Assembly (NCBI GenBank): GCA_963737265.1
Contig: CAVTRY010000011.1
Span: forward strand, 672,001-736,000
DNA: 64,000 nt
Reading direction: 5' to 3'
Source: an uncultured delta proteobacterium
Lineage (GTDB): Bacteria > Myxococcota_A > Polyangia > Fen-1088
A model generated the notes under the pieces. The model saw nothing but the letters and a program-made list of their open reading frames with translations. It was not told the DNA's origin and did not search any database. Positions within the stretch are counted from its first letter, which is position 1. The number at the start of each line of letters is the position of its first letter. Shown here piece by piece: positions 26,587-37,429 of the stretch. A program made the position numbers and the translations under genes.

Positions 26587-28932
26587 CTATTGAATCGAAA
26601 CGGCCGTGGATGAGCTCGTTGCGACGGGGCCGAACCGCACCCACAACACCTTGTTCGCCGCATCGTAGAACCAACCCTCTGTTGTTGGGAAGGCCGTCGA
26701 CATCGCGATGGCCTTGCCGTCGCGGGTCACCGTCGTCGGCGCCGTCGCCCATCCGGGGAATTCGAGCACGTACGCCCTCTGGCAAAGCTGGCCGGCAAAC
26801 GAGGTCTGCGCCTGCTGCGCGCCGATCGTAACGACCTCGGCGCCGGAGGTGTTGTCGCTGGTGAACAGGGTCGTGGAGAACGCGCCGTTCTGATATCCCT
26901 CGCTGATCCCGTCGTCTTCGTAGAACAGGTTCGTCGTCTTGCCGGACGGGTAGATCCGAAGCGTCAGCGGGTTGTTCGGGACGTCGTCGGTCCAGTGAAC
27001 CTTGGGTGCGCCGGGATATTCGGCGATCATCGGGATGATCGACCCCGCGCGCGCGAAGATCGGTTCCTGATCGATGGCTGCTCCGATGTTGGGGGCGGAA
27101 CCCGTATACGGCTTGTTCGTCCACCAATGGATCCAGGAACCCGCCGGCAGCGCGACGCTTGCCGTCGTCGCGCCCATCGTCGACATGATGTGGACGAGCA
27201 GCGTGTTGGAGCCGTCACCGACCAGCATATCCGCGTTTCCGTTCGTGAACGAGACGGGATAGGTGAACTTGCCCGCGGCCGCGTGATAGGCGGCCTGCCC
27301 GTTGTTGTAACGGAACGGCAGCAGCCGATAACGAAGCTGGTTGTACGTCTCAATGAGCTGCTGCGCCTGCGCCGAGAAGTGCCACGGGAAGCGGTTGCCG
27401 CTGTTAGGAAGGGGGTTGGTCTTGGCGGCGAAGTACTCCTGTAGCGGGGTGAACGAGGAATATTCGGCCCACCGGATGTAGAGTTCGTCGGTCGGTGTCC
27501 CGTTATAAGCGCCGGTGTCGCCGCCCCAATACGCCGCCGAGTTCGTCGTGTTGAGCCTCGCGGCCGCGCTGATTTCGCTCAGCCAGCCCCCCGGCGAGGC
27601 GGTCTGGTCATCCGTCCACCACCCGGGGTACTGGTCGCTGCCGGGCGATGTCGCCTTGCCCATTACGAAACCGCGTGCGCTGCCGACCGTCTTCGCGACC
27701 GGGCTCAGCCCCATCGCCGCCTTTTGCGACATCTGGTACGCGGACTTGCGATACTGCAGCGTGTAGTTTTCGCCCGGGTTGGACGGCGTGCCGCCGGCGT
27801 TGATCGGCGAATTCTGCTGTGTGCTGGTCGTGTCCAGCTTGAAGAACTCGACCCCCATGTCGGAGATGTCTTTGTTGAGACCAGGCCCCTGCCACCAGGT
27901 GACCGTCGCCGGGTTGGTGAAGTCGAACGCCGCCGGATTCGTGTCGCCGTGCCAGCCGCCGCTGGTCGGTGCGGGCAGGCTGCCCTTCATCACGAAGTAC
28001 TTTTGGGTGACGCCGGTGCTGTAGAGGTTGCAACCGTGTCCCATCCACGGCCACTCCCAGACGCCGAAGTGGAAATTCATTTGGTTGAGCTGCGAGATCA
28101 TCGTTGCCGGACTCGTAAAGGCCTGGGGATCGAACTTGAAGCAAATATATTGCGAGCCGTCGGAGGCGTATACGTGCCAAAGCCAGCTCGAGTCGATCCA
28201 GAGCAGATCGCCCTCGTAGTCTGTGCGAAGCCGGGTGGCGTCGTCAACGACGTTGCCGTAGCCGGCGTAGTTCACCTGGTCGCCGTACGTGCCCCACAGC
28301 GTTCCGAATGCCCAGCGCGGCGGCAATACCGGATTTCCGGTGGGCGTTCCCGCCGCCACCGGGACTGCGGGGCCGCAGGTGCCCGCGCCGCTGCCACCTG
28401 CGCCGCTGCCACCCGTGCCGGGGACGCCACTGCCACCCGCGGGGGTGGCGCCGCTGCCTCCCGCCGGGGTGGCGCCGCTTCCACCTGCCGGGGTGGCGCC
28501 GCTGCCACCTGCCGGGGTGGCGCCGCTGCCTCCCGCCCCGCCGACGACGCTTCCACCTGCGGGGGTGGCGCCTTTGCCACCTGCCCCGGCGACGCCGCCG
28601 CCACCCGCGGGGCTGGCGCCGTTGCCACCCGAACCGACGATTCCGCCCCCTCCCGCGCCGGCGATGCCGCGACCACCCGTGCCGGTGGCAACGCCCGTAC
28701 CGCCAGTGTCGCCCGTGGAGCTCGACCCACCCGCTCCGGTCGTGTCTCCGCCCGCGCCGACGGCTCCTGTGCCGCCGCCGGTCCCGGCTCCAGCGCCGCC
28801 GATGGCGCCGGGGTTGGTCGTCTGATAAGCGCTGCAGGCGCCTGGGCCCGCCCCGAGGCTGGCAACCAGCAGCAGCCGCGCCATTCGTGTCCAGTTCGTG
28901 CTGTCTCGCATGAGGGGCTCCTTCATCGACAT
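26587..28932 (-). CDS. GH31-family glycoside hydrolase lipoprotein with Gly-rich linker
   Basis: LPPRWAFG, LWIDSSW, FKLD, WTDD, GDTGAY, YIRW, LRYRLLPF, P.FARAGSIIP, YEDDG. Confidence 0.85.
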   Translation of the reverse strand: MSMKEPLMRDSTNWTRMARLLLVASLGAGPGACSAYQTTNPGAIGGAGAGTGGGTGAVGAGGDTTGAGGSSSTGDTGGTGVATGTGGRGIAGAGGGGIVGSGGNGASPAGGGGVAGAGGKGATPAGGSVVGGAGGSGATPAGGSGATPAGGSGATPAGGSGATPAGGSGVPGTGGSGAGGSGAGTCGPAVPVAAGTPTGNPVLPPRWAFGTLWGTYGDQVNYAGYGNVVDDATRLRTDYEGDLLWIDSSWLWHVYASDGSQYICFKFDPQAFTSPATMISQLNQMNFHFGVWEWPWMGHGCNLYSTGVTQKYFVMKGSLPAPTSGGWHGDTNPAAFDFTNPATVTWWQGPGLNKDISDMGVEFFKLDTTSTQQNSPINAGGTPSNPGENYTLQYRKSAYQMSQKAAMGLSPVAKTVGSARGFVMGKATSPGSDQYPGWWTDDQTASPGGWLSEISAAARLNTTNSAAYWGGDTGAYNGTPTDELYIRWAEYSSFTPLQEYFAAKTNPLPNSGNRFPWHFSAQAQQLIETYNQLRYRLLPFRYNNGQAAYHAAAGKFTYPVSFTNGNADMLVGDGSNTLLVHIMSTMGATTASVALPAGSWIHWWTNKPYTGSAPNIGAAIDQEPIFARAGSIIPMIAEYPGAPKVHWTDDVPNNPLTLRIYPSGKTTNLFYEDDGISEGYQNGAFSTTLFTSDNTSGAEVVTIGAQQAQTSFAGQLCQRAYVLEFPGWATAPTTVTRDGKAIAMSTAFPTTEGWFYDAANKVLWVRFGPVATSSSTAVSIQ
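28426..28630 (-). repeat. Coding 24-nt tandem repeat (GATPAGGS)n in the GH31 linker
   Basis: Repeated GCC/TCC ACC(T/C)GC(C/G)GGGGTGGCGCCGCT units. Confidence 0.8.
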
Positions 28933-29373
28933 GTCAAATCCTGGTCAGGTTGAGATCCGCCAGGCCAGCGCTGTCAAGTATTACGGGCTCGTCCATCGCC
29001 TCACTAGACGCGAAGGAGCCGAATGTGATCAAGGGAACGCCGGCCAACAGCCTCGAACAAGAATGCACTCGCCACGACAATCCTCCCAGATGGGGGGACC
29101 AATCCAGTGAATGGCGGGACTAAACTAGCCATTGCACGGAGGAATGTGGGGAAACAGCCCATAGCTTCAATCCGCAATCCGGTCAATCGAGACATCTTGA
29201 AAGCACCCATACGGCGCACTGTGCCTCACTGTCGAGCCTGGCGACTGAACATTGCTCACAGGCTGCATCGGTTACGCCCCTACACGCCACCACGCCGATC
29301 CCTGACATGGCGGCGCGTAGCTGGGCTCAACTCGCGAGCGCGGTACTCCGATACTCATAGATCGTACTGACCC

Positions 29374-30696
29374 ATGTGCAAACGGAGACGACCAATGACG
29401 CCGGCATCAACCGCCCCGCGGGCCTTTTCGCCCATTTTCGCCGTGCTGGCGGGCTTGTTTTGTGTCCTGGGGGCGTGCAATTTTGGATCCCTCGACTACC
29501 TGAAGGATGGTCACCGGCAAGATGGTGCCACGACTCCGAGCCCACCAAGCCAAGACACCGCGGTTTTCGATGCCATCCAATCGGACAGCTTGGCGAGCAG
29601 CGGGGTCGATGGCGCCGACAGCGGTGGTGGGGACTCGCCGGTGAAAACGCCGGATGCCGCGCCTCAAGAGGACGGAAGCGCGGGCGGAGTTCGGGACGTG
29701 GGCGCGAGCGTCGACGGCAAGGTGAACGATAGCGGCGCTTTCGACACTAGCGGAGACCAGCGTTTTACCGACGCTGCTGGTGGTACAACGGGATCCGGTG
29801 GCGGGGTTGGTATGGGCGGCACGGTCGGAACCGGCGGCAGCGCGGGCGTGGGCGGAAGCCTCGGTACGGGTGGGATCGTCGGCACCAGCGGCTCTATCGG
29901 CACCGGTGGCGGCGTGGGCTCGGGCGGAAGCCTCGGCACGGGTGGGATTGTCGGCACCAGCGGCTCTATCGGCACCGGCGGCGGCGTGGGCTCGGGCGGA
30001 AGCCCCGGCGCGGGTGGGACCGTCGGCACCGGCGGCGCGGTCGGCACCGGCGGCAGCATAGGCTCGGGCGGAAGCCTGGGCACAGGCGGGCTCACCGGCA
30101 CTGGCGGTGCCGGTGGAACGAGCGCGGCAGGCTGCGATACCACTGCTTCGACATTCTCGCAAACGACGACCTTCGCCGACCTGCCCGCGGTCACAGCCTA
30201 CTTTGGCACCGACCCGGGAGTTGGGTTTTCGACGACGGGACCAGCAGCAAACCCCACGCTCTGCGCAGCCGGCTGCGCAACCTATACCCTGGCATTCGTC
30301 GCGGGCACAGGCGCCTGGACAGCAGGCTCCGGCGTGGTTCACTGGTTTTCTCCGCTGACCAATCTGGTTGGTTCGACTCTCACCTATTCCATGGCCGTCG
30401 ACAATCCAGGCGTGCCCCTTCAGGTCCAGTCCTTCGCAATTGGCGATGCGAGCACGAGCTCGGCCTGGAGCCAACCGGCGCAGCTACTGGGTACGGATTT
30501 GGTGCCCTACGGCGGCGCGAATGGGCTTAAGGACTTCAGTCTGGAAATTGCCGATCACGCTATTCCCGGCCAGGGCACCTTCTGCGCGTCGGCCGCCGCG
30601 GGTATTGGCATGTATTTGCAGAGCGCGGACGCCATCACCACCTCGAACGCAGGAACCGTGACGGTGTACATCGGCAAAGTCTCGATTGGGCCGTAG
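29374..30696 (+). CDS. Gly-rich secreted lipoprotein, function unknown
   Basis: LGAC lipobox; (G.GG..)n hexapeptide linker; beta-rich C-terminal domain. Confidence 0.7.
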   Translation: MCKRRRPMTPASTAPRAFSPIFAVLAGLFCVLGACNFGSLDYLKDGHRQDGATTPSPPSQDTAVFDAIQSDSLASSGVDGADSGGGDSPVKTPDAAPQEDGSAGGVRDVGASVDGKVNDSGAFDTSGDQRFTDAAGGTTGSGGGVGMGGTVGTGGSAGVGGSLGTGGIVGTSGSIGTGGGVGSGGSLGTGGIVGTSGSIGTGGGVGSGGSPGAGGTVGTGGAVGTGGSIGSGGSLGTGGLTGTGGAGGTSAAGCDTTASTFSQTTTFADLPAVTAYFGTDPGVGFSTTGPAANPTLCAAGCATYTLAFVAGTGAWTAGSGVVHWFSPLTNLVGSTLTYSMAVDNPGVPLQVQSFAIGDASTSSAWSQPAQLLGTDLVPYGGANGLKDFSLEIADHAIPGQGTFCASAAAGIGMYLQSADAITTSNAGTVTVYIGKVSIGP

Positions 30697-30868
30697 TCTT
30701 CGGGCAGCTTTTGCCCGTTTCGTTTCATCCGGGACCCGGTGAGTCTCCTTTGATCCCGGGCAGACGACGAATTTCCGTGCGGCGCGGTCAACGGATGGTA
30801 AGGTTGGGGCACAATCGGCGGCACGTGATCCGCAGGTCAGAATGAACTGTCAAAAGGAGGCGCCAACT

Positions 30869-31027
30869 ATGAAGTGGGAACAGCCGGTGCTCATCGAGAT
30901 CGCAATGAACGCAGAAATCGGAGGATATCAGTCTGATTCGGGCGACGAGGTTCCGCCGGGTCCGCGTGGCCCGGTGCTGGAAGCCGGGTCGGCCGACACC
31001 AAAGACGGCGCGACGAACGTCTCCTGA
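30869..31027 (+). CDS. pqqA: PQQ precursor peptide
   Basis: AGGAGG RBS; MKWEQP...EIGGY (ExxxY) immediately upstream of pqqB. Confidence 0.85.
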   Translation: MKWEQPVLIEIAMNAEIGGYQSDSGDEVPPGPRGPVLEAGSADTKDGATNVS

Positions 31028-31046
31028 CCCCCAAGGCGATTGGCCG

Positions 31047-31958
31047 TTGCGCATTCGAGTCCTCGGCTCCGCAGCCGGCGGCGGTTTCCCGCAGTGGAAC
31101 TGCGGTTGTTCCAACTGTCAGGGGCTGCGCTCGGGATCCTTGCTAAGTGTGGCCCGCCGGCAGGAGTCGGTCGCGGTCAGCGCGGACGGCGATGCCTGGT
31201 ATTTATTAAACGCCTCGCCCGAGATCCGCGAGCAGATAGGGAGTCTTCCGCCCTTGTGGCCGCGGCAAGCGCGGCATTCCCCTATCGCCGGCATCGTGCT
31301 GACGAACGGCGATCTGGACCACTGCCTGGGACTTCTGTCGTTGCGCGAGTCGCACCCGATTATCATTTACGCGACAGACGCGGTTCGGACGGGCTTTACC
31401 GATGGCAACGTGCTGTACCGAACACTTGAGCGCTTCGATGGTCAGGCCACCTGGCGTGTCTTGTCTCTCGGCGTTTCGCGTGTCCTGGGAGGGGACGACA
31501 GTTCGCTTTCCATCACGGCGTTCGCAGTGCCGGGCAAGCGGCCGATTCACCTGGAAGGGCGCGGCCAGCCCAGCGACGAAGACAATGTGGGGCTTTTGCT
31601 TCGGGATCGCACGACTAAGCGTACTTTCGCATACGTCCCCGCGGCGGCGACCTGGACCGCCGCGCTTGACCGGATGCTGGCCGAGGTTGACGTCGTGTTC
31701 TTCGATGGCACGTTCTGGTCCAGCGACGAGCTGCTCTCGGCCGGAGTCGGCGAGAAGCGCGCCGAGGACATGGCCCACTTGCCGGTGGGTGGTGAGGCGG
31801 GCAGTCTTTCCCAGCTGCGCCGACTGTCCGCCGCACGACGGGTTTTGATTCACATCAACAACACCAACCCGCTTTTGCGAGAGGACTCGCCCGAGCGCGC
31901 CGAGGCCACCGCGGCGGGGATCGAGATCGCGTTCGACGGCATGGAGATCGCGCTTTGA
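31047..31958 (+). CDS. pqqB: PqqB
   Basis: VLGSAAGGGFPQWNC.C.NC, NASP, DGTFW, HINNTNP. Confidence 0.95.
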   Translation: MRIRVLGSAAGGGFPQWNCGCSNCQGLRSGSLLSVARRQESVAVSADGDAWYLLNASPEIREQIGSLPPLWPRQARHSPIAGIVLTNGDLDHCLGLLSLRESHPIIIYATDAVRTGFTDGNVLYRTLERFDGQATWRVLSLGVSRVLGGDDSSLSITAFAVPGKRPIHLEGRGQPSDEDNVGLLLRDRTTKRTFAYVPAAATWTAALDRMLAEVDVVFFDGTFWSSDELLSAGVGEKRAEDMAHLPVGGEAGSLSQLRRLSAARRVLIHINNTNPLLREDSPERAEATAAGIEIAFDGMEIAL

Positions 31959-32707
31959 CCGGCGCTGCTAGGGCAAGCGTGGGCGATCGCGGCTCGCTGC
32001 TCAACGCCGCGGCGTTTGTCGAGCGTCTTCGCTCCGAGGGGGCACCTCGCTACCATGATCGTCACCCCTTCAACGTGGCGATGCACGAAGGCCGGCTTTC
32101 GCGCGACGATCTCGCCCGCTGGGTGCTGAACCGCTACTACTACCAGACGCGCATTCCCATCAAGGACGCACTGATCGTTTCCAAGAGCGAAGACCCTGCT
32201 TTTCGGCGCGCGTGGGTGCGTCGGATTCACGATCACGACGGAAACGCCCCCGGCGAGGGTGGGCTGGCCGAGTGGCTCAGGCTTGCCGTGGCGGTGGGCC
32301 TGGATGCCGATAGGGTCGCGAGCTGCCGCGAGGTTTTGCCCGGCGTACGATTCGCGTGCGACGCGTACGTGTCGTTGGTTCGCGACAGCAGCCTGGTGGT
32401 GGCCGTGGCATCGTCGCTGACGGAGTTCTTTGCGCCGGATCTCATGTCCAAGCGAGTCGCCGCGTGGGAGAAACACTATCCCTTCGTCGACCCGGCCGGG
32501 CTGGCCTACTTTCGCAGTCGCGTCCCCCGCGCGCGGCGCGACTCGGAGGAGGCGGTGGCCTTCGTGGTGGAGCACGCGCGCACGCGCGTCGAACAGGAAG
32601 CGTGCGTGGCGGCTCTGATTCGCAAGACGGAAATCCTGTGGCATCTGCTCGACTGCGTCCGCGGCGCTTCCGGCCGGGCCACGGCGCTGGAGGCGTCCAA
32701 GGCGTGA
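31955..32707 (+). CDS. pqqC: PqqC (PQQ synthase)
   Basis: YHDRHPF, WVLNRYYYQ..IP.KD, RI.DHDG, SSLTE.FAP. Confidence 0.95.
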   Translation: MTGAARASVGDRGSLLNAAAFVERLRSEGAPRYHDRHPFNVAMHEGRLSRDDLARWVLNRYYYQTRIPIKDALIVSKSEDPAFRRAWVRRIHDHDGNAPGEGGLAEWLRLAVAVGLDADRVASCREVLPGVRFACDAYVSLVRDSSLVVAVASSLTEFFAPDLMSKRVAAWEKHYPFVDPAGLAYFRSRVPRARRDSEEAVAFVVEHARTRVEQEACVAALIRKTEILWHLLDCVRGASGRATALEASKA

Positions 32708-32997
32708 CCGGGATCGACGTCGAATCGAGGCCGCGCCTGGCGCGCGGTGTTCGTTTGCGACGGGATCGCATTAGCGGGAAGCTGTTCTTGCTGCGCCCGG
32801 AACAGGGTTTTGAACTGCAGGGCTCGGCGAGCGAGGTGGTCAAGTTGTGTACGGCGAGGCTCACTGTCGCGGAGATGGTGGACCGACTGGCCGAGACCTA
32901 TCGCGACGTGGCGCGAGCGCGAATCCTCGAAGATGTGGCGCGGCTTCTGGCGCAGCTGTCCGGCCGCGGACTCATCGTCGTCGGGGACGAGCCATGA
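32704..32997 (+). CDS. pqqD: PqqD peptide chaperone
   Basis: RPRLARGVRLRRD....LL.PE; overlaps pqqC and pqqE by 4 nt. Confidence 0.88.
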   Translation: MTGIDVESRPRLARGVRLRRDRISGKLFLLRPEQGFELQGSASEVVKLCTARLTVAEMVDRLAETYRDVARARILEDVARLLAQLSGRGLIVVGDEP

Positions 32998-34124
32998 TAG
33001 GTGATCGCGAAACCACGTCGGCCGAGACGCCGCGTCCGTACACGTTGGTCGCGGAGCTGACCTACCGATGCCCGCTTCGCTGTGCCTATTGTTCAAATCC
33101 CGTTCACCTCGACGCGATGGGGGCGGAAATCGACACGGCTACCTGGGCTCGCGTGTTCAAAGAGGCAGAGGCGTTGGGTGTCATGCAGGTGACCTTGACC
33201 GGCGGCGAGCCGCTCTTGCGCTCCGATCTTGAACCGCTCGTGCGGGCTGCGCGAGACAGCGACCTTTTCACCACGTTGATCACCAGCGGGATGTCCGCCA
33301 ACCGGGATGCCCTGGCTCGCTTGCGCGACGCCGGGCTGGAAGGCGTTCAGCTGTCGTTCCAGGATGTCGACGGTGGTGCGGCGGCGCGGATTGCCGGTGT
33401 CGATGCGCTGGCAAGAAAGCAGAAGGTGGCGGGCTTCATTCGAGAGCTTGGTCTGCCGCTGACGGTGAACATCGTCCTGCACCGGGGGAATCTGCCCCGT
33501 CTTCCACAGATGATCGCAATGGCCGAACGCCTGCAAGCCAATCGTATCGAGCTGGCCCACGTGCAATATCTCGGATGGGCACTGGTCAACCGGTCGGTCC
33601 TGCTGCCAAGCGCAGCGATGATCGCGGAGGCGCGTGCGACGGTGTCCGAGGCTCGCGCGCGGCTAGCGGGCAGGATGGAAATCGTTGCCGTGTTGCCCGA
33701 CTACTTTTCCGATCGGCCTCGCGCCTGCATGGATGGATGGGGACGCCGGTACATGGTCGTCGCGCCCGATGGCCGTGTGTTGCCCTGCCATGCTGCGCAC
33801 ACGCTGCCGGGGCTCACCTTCGACAACGTGAGGACGCGCGCGCTCGCCGAAATCTGGAGGGAATCGCCGGCCTTCACGCGCTTTCGCGGCGAGGATTGGC
33901 TGCCACAGCCCTGTCGCGGCTGCGACCGGCGCGGCGTCGACTTCGGCGGTTGTCGCTGCCAGGCATACCAGTTGACCGGCGACATGACGCTGACCGATCC
34001 CAGCTGCCAGCTTTCTCCACGACACGACATCGTGCGGGCCGCGCGAGCCCAGGCGGCGGAGTCGAGCACGTTTTTCTCCGAAGGGGAAACGATCCGCCTA
34101 CGCCGGCCACCAACGGTGGCGTGA
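32994..34124 (+). CDS. pqqE: PqqE radical SAM/SPASM enzyme
   Basis: AELTYRCPL.C.YCSNP, CM.GWG, LPCH, DFGGCRCQA. Confidence 0.96.
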   Translation: MIGDRETTSAETPRPYTLVAELTYRCPLRCAYCSNPVHLDAMGAEIDTATWARVFKEAEALGVMQVTLTGGEPLLRSDLEPLVRAARDSDLFTTLITSGMSANRDALARLRDAGLEGVQLSFQDVDGGAAARIAGVDALARKQKVAGFIRELGLPLTVNIVLHRGNLPRLPQMIAMAERLQANRIELAHVQYLGWALVNRSVLLPSAAMIAEARATVSEARARLAGRMEIVAVLPDYFSDRPRACMDGWGRRYMVVAPDGRVLPCHAAHTLPGLTFDNVRTRALAEIWRESPAFTRFRGEDWLPQPCRGCDRRGVDFGGCRCQAYQLTGDMTLTDPSCQLSPRHDIVRAARAQAAESSTFFSEGETIRLRRPPTVA

Positions 34125-34196
34125 CCTGGCGCTATCGCCGTTGCTGCCTGTGCCCCTCGTTGCTCGTCCCGCGTGGCAGCACTTTTCAGACCCCCG

Positions 34197-34718
34197 TTAG
34201 AAGTCGAGATAGGCGCCGACGCGGCCTTCGATGATCCACGCTACCTTCGAGCCTGCCTGAAAATCGCGGCTGCGTGGAAGCGCGCCAACTTCGGCGAACA
34301 CGCCCATAGCCGGTACGAAGCCAATCGACGGCGTACCGATGCGCATGCCGGCGGCGGCGCCGTAGGCGATCTCGCGCGTTCCGCTGAGAAGGTTGTTCAC
34401 CACGAAAATAACGCGACCATAGAGCGGCAGAATGGGCGGGACGACAGAGAGCATGGGCCGCAGCTCAAGATTGGTTTTGGAGCCGGCCTTGTCGGCGAAA
34501 TCGGTCACGATGCCAAGCTGCAGACGGAACATGGAAAGCACCGGCAACGACGGCGCATAGCCAGGAGCGACTTCCAAATTGAGCTGTTCCCAGCCGCGCG
34601 GGGTCGGCGACACCTGGCCGCCCTTGCCGAGCGAGGCCTCGACGAGCAGACCCGCGTGTGCCACGGCGGGAACCAAAATCATGGTGGTAAGAGCGGCTGC
34701 CACTAGAAACTTGCGCAT
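34197..34718 (-). CDS. Small outer-membrane beta-barrel-like protein
   Basis: Signal peptide AHA, amphipathic strands, terminal YLDF; GGAG RBS. Confidence 0.65.
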   Translation of the reverse strand: MRKFLVAAALTTMILVPAVAHAGLLVEASLGKGGQVSPTPRGWEQLNLEVAPGYAPSLPVLSMFRLQLGIVTDFADKAGSKTNLELRPMLSVVPPILPLYGRVIFVVNNLLSGTREIAYGAAAGMRIGTPSIGFVPAMGVFAEVGALPRSRDFQAGSKVAWIIEGRVGAYLDF

Positions 34719-34834
34719 GTCTGTCTCCTCCTCGGTGCTGACGTTTGCTGGTGCGACCATATTCGCCCCATTGCCTGCGAAAAATCTAGCCGACTGTTCG
34801 CCCTGCTGGCCTGCTGGTGCGTCTATTCTGTCGT

Positions 34835-36298
34835 CTATGTCGTCTTCTCGTTCGGCTTGGGCTGCGCCTTGCGCTTGCTGCGATGTGCCCGCAGAGCCAG
34901 GCGCAGCGGCGCGCCTTCGAATCCGTACACCTGACGTAGCTGGTTCACCAAGTAGCGCTGGTAGGGAAAGCCAATCGCCTTGGGAACATTGGTGCTGACG
35001 AAGAACGTGGGCGGCCGGATGTTGGCCTGAGTGATGTAGTAGAGCTTGACGTGCTTGCCAGCGGGGCCGGACGGCGGCAGACGGCGAGCCACCATCTCTT
35101 CAAAGTTCCTATTTAACTCTGACGTTGGAACCCGCCGTGACCATTGGTCAAATATTCGCGCGGCGACATCCGGGATTGTGGCGACGCCTCGGCCCGTAAC
35201 CGCGGACATCACCAGGAAAGGCGCGTAGCTCACGAAGGCCAAGACCTCCTTGGCGGCCTTGATGCTGGCGTCGCCGTCGGCGCGCCGAACGAGGTCCATC
35301 TTGTTGAAAACGACGATGGCCGCGCGTCCCGATTCCTCGATGAAGCTGGCCAACTTCGCGTCCTCGGCGGTGGCGCCCAAGCTGGCGTCGATGACCAGGG
35401 CCACCACATCGGCACGTGCAAGCTGATCGCGCGCCATCTTGGCTGCCACGGCTTCAGTCTGGGTGTCGACGGCGCGGCGACGGCGCAGGCCGGCCGTGTC
35501 GACTAGGACGAATTCGCGATCCCCGGCGCGAAAGGGCGTGTCGATGGGGTCGCGCGTGGTGCCGGGCTGGTCGTGCACGAGAACGCGATCCTCGCCAAGC
35601 AGCCGGTTCACCAGCGACGACTTGCCCGCGTTGGGCTTGCCGACGAAGGCGAGCCGGATGGGCGCCGCCTCGTCCACAGCCGAATCGCTGTCAAGGGTCT
35701 TGCCCTGCCCGGAATCCCGACCGACGTCGTCGCGGGCCGATTCGTGCACAAATACCTGGTCGCCAAGCGCGTCCACCGCGGCGTCGAGCAGCTCGCGCAC
35801 GCCGCGCCCGTGGCTGGCCGACACGCCGAAGACCTTGTCAAAGCCGAGAGCGTAGACCTCCCCCAGGGCAGAATCGCGCAGCGAGGAATCGACCTTGTTG
35901 ACGGCGACCAGGATCGGCTTGCCGGTCCTCCGTAGCAGCTCGGCCACATCCTCGTCGACCGCGGTCAACCCTTCTTCGGCGTCGAGGACCAGCACGATGG
36001 CCGTCGCCTCGTCCACCGCGCGCAGGGTTTGCGAGCGCATCGCCGCCAGGATCCCGACCGCGCTGGGGTCGAGCCCGCCCGTATCGACCACTTGAAAACG
36101 AGCCTTGCCCCACGAGCACAAGCCGTAGCGCCGATCCCGGGTTACGCCGGGCATGTCTTCGACCAGCGCCGGGCGACCGCCCACCAGGCGATTGAAGAGC
36201 GACGACTTGCCCACGTTGGGCCGGCCGACCAGCGACAGCACGGGCAGATTGGCCACGTCCGCGGCGGCATCCGCGCTGGCGCCTCGCCTACGAATCAT
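34835..36298 (-). CDS. der: Ribosome biogenesis GTPase Der
   Basis: Two G domains ([18 protein letters not shown]), DTGG/DTAG, NK.D. Confidence 0.96.
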   Translation of the reverse strand: MIRRRGASADAAADVANLPVLSLVGRPNVGKSSLFNRLVGGRPALVEDMPGVTRDRRYGLCSWGKARFQVVDTGGLDPSAVGILAAMRSQTLRAVDEATAIVLVLDAEEGLTAVDEDVAELLRRTGKPILVAVNKVDSSLRDSALGEVYALGFDKVFGVSASHGRGVRELLDAAVDALGDQVFVHESARDDVGRDSGQGKTLDSDSAVDEAAPIRLAFVGKPNAGKSSLVNRLLGEDRVLVHDQPGTTRDPIDTPFRAGDREFVLVDTAGLRRRRAVDTQTEAVAAKMARDQLARADVVALVIDASLGATAEDAKLASFIEESGRAAIVVFNKMDLVRRADGDASIKAAKEVLAFVSYAPFLVMSAVTGRGVATIPDVAARIFDQWSRRVPTSELNRNFEEMVARRLPPSGPAGKHVKLYYITQANIRPPTFFVSTNVPKAIGFPYQRYLVNQLRQVYGFEGAPLRLALRAHRSKRKAQPKPNEKTT

Positions 36299-37308
36299 TT
36301 CTTGTCCTCGCCATACCCCAGCTCGGCCAGCCCCTGTATCGACGTCGTCCAGCCCTCCTCGACCCGAACGTTCAGGCGCAGGTGCACCGGCCGGTGGATG
36401 AGATCGGCGATTTCCTTGCGCGCCGCCATGCCTACGTCGCGAACCATGGCGCCGCCCTTGCCGACCACGATGGCTTTCTGGCTTTCGCGGTCGACCACGA
36501 TGCTGGCGTCGATTACCACGTCGCCCTTGTCGCGCTCCTCCCAATTTTCCACCACCACCGCCGTCGCGTAGGGAAGCTCCTGGTTCAGGCGGAGAAAGAG
36601 CTGCTCGCGCACGAGCTCGCCCGCCAAGAACCTTTCCGTGCGATCGGTCAGCACGTCCGGCCCGTAGACCGGCGAACCTTCGGGCAGCAGGCGAAGCAAT
36701 TCCTTGAGCACGCCCTCCAGGCCCTTTTTCCGGGTCGCGCAGGTCGGCACGATGGCGGAAAATTTTCCCGCCCTGCCCCACCACTCGATGAGCGGAATCA
36801 CCTGGGTCTTGTCCTTGACCTTATCGACTTTGTTCAAGCAGAGCACCGCCGGTTTAGTTGTGGCGACCAGGCGTTCGAGAATCCACGACTCGGCTTCAGG
36901 CAATTTGGCGGCCGGCGACAAGGTCGCGGCATTTTCGTGCGCCTCAACCACCACCAGCACTGCATCCACGTCTTCAATCGTCCCCATCGCCTCGCGCACC
37001 ATGAATCGATTGAGCTGCGACCGCGCCACGTGCACCCCGGGCGTGTCCACGAAGACTATCTGCCCGGTGGCAGGCCGTCCCGCGCCGCGAGGATCGTCCA
37101 CGGCAAGGGTCGAAGCGCCGTTCCACACGCCCACGATGCGGTTGCGCGTGGTTTGCGGCTTGGGCGTGACGATGGCGAGCTTCTCGCCGACGAGAGCGTT
37201 AAGAAGGGTCGACTTGCCGACGTTTGGCCGGCCCAGAATCGCGACGGTTCCGGCCACGCGAATGGATGTCTCTCCGGGCTGTTCCGGAATCTGCGTTGGG
37301 TCTGACAC
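36295..37308 (-). CDS. era: GTPase Era
   Basis: [35 protein letters not shown]. Confidence 0.96.
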   Translation of the reverse strand: MSDPTQIPEQPGETSIRVAGTVAILGRPNVGKSTLLNALVGEKLAIVTPKPQTTRNRIVGVWNGASTLAVDDPRGAGRPATGQIVFVDTPGVHVARSQLNRFMVREAMGTIEDVDAVLVVVEAHENAATLSPAAKLPEAESWILERLVATTKPAVLCLNKVDKVKDKTQVIPLIEWWGRAGKFSAIVPTCATRKKGLEGVLKELLRLLPEGSPVYGPDVLTDRTERFLAGELVREQLFLRLNQELPYATAVVVENWEERDKGDVVIDASIVVDRESQKAIVVGKGGAMVRDVGMAARKEIADLIHRPVHLRLNVRVEEGWTTSIQGLAELGYGEDKK

Positions 37309-37429
37309 TGGGCGCCTTGTATAGCACCAGATACGCAGCTCCGGCAGTGGCGTGTGGATTTCCCGTCGCTCGCCGCTTCGCCGTAGATCCTTTTCCTTTA
37401 CCCCGCGTTCAACCATCCAGGAGGTTGCC

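Noticed and set aside
32034-32041. TCCGAGGG inside pqqC
   Set aside because: Single chance match in a conserved CDS with no stutter units.
32994-34124. Radical SAM as a novel RiPP maturase linked to the PCAT
   Set aside because: Canonical PqqE within a complete pqqABCDE operon.
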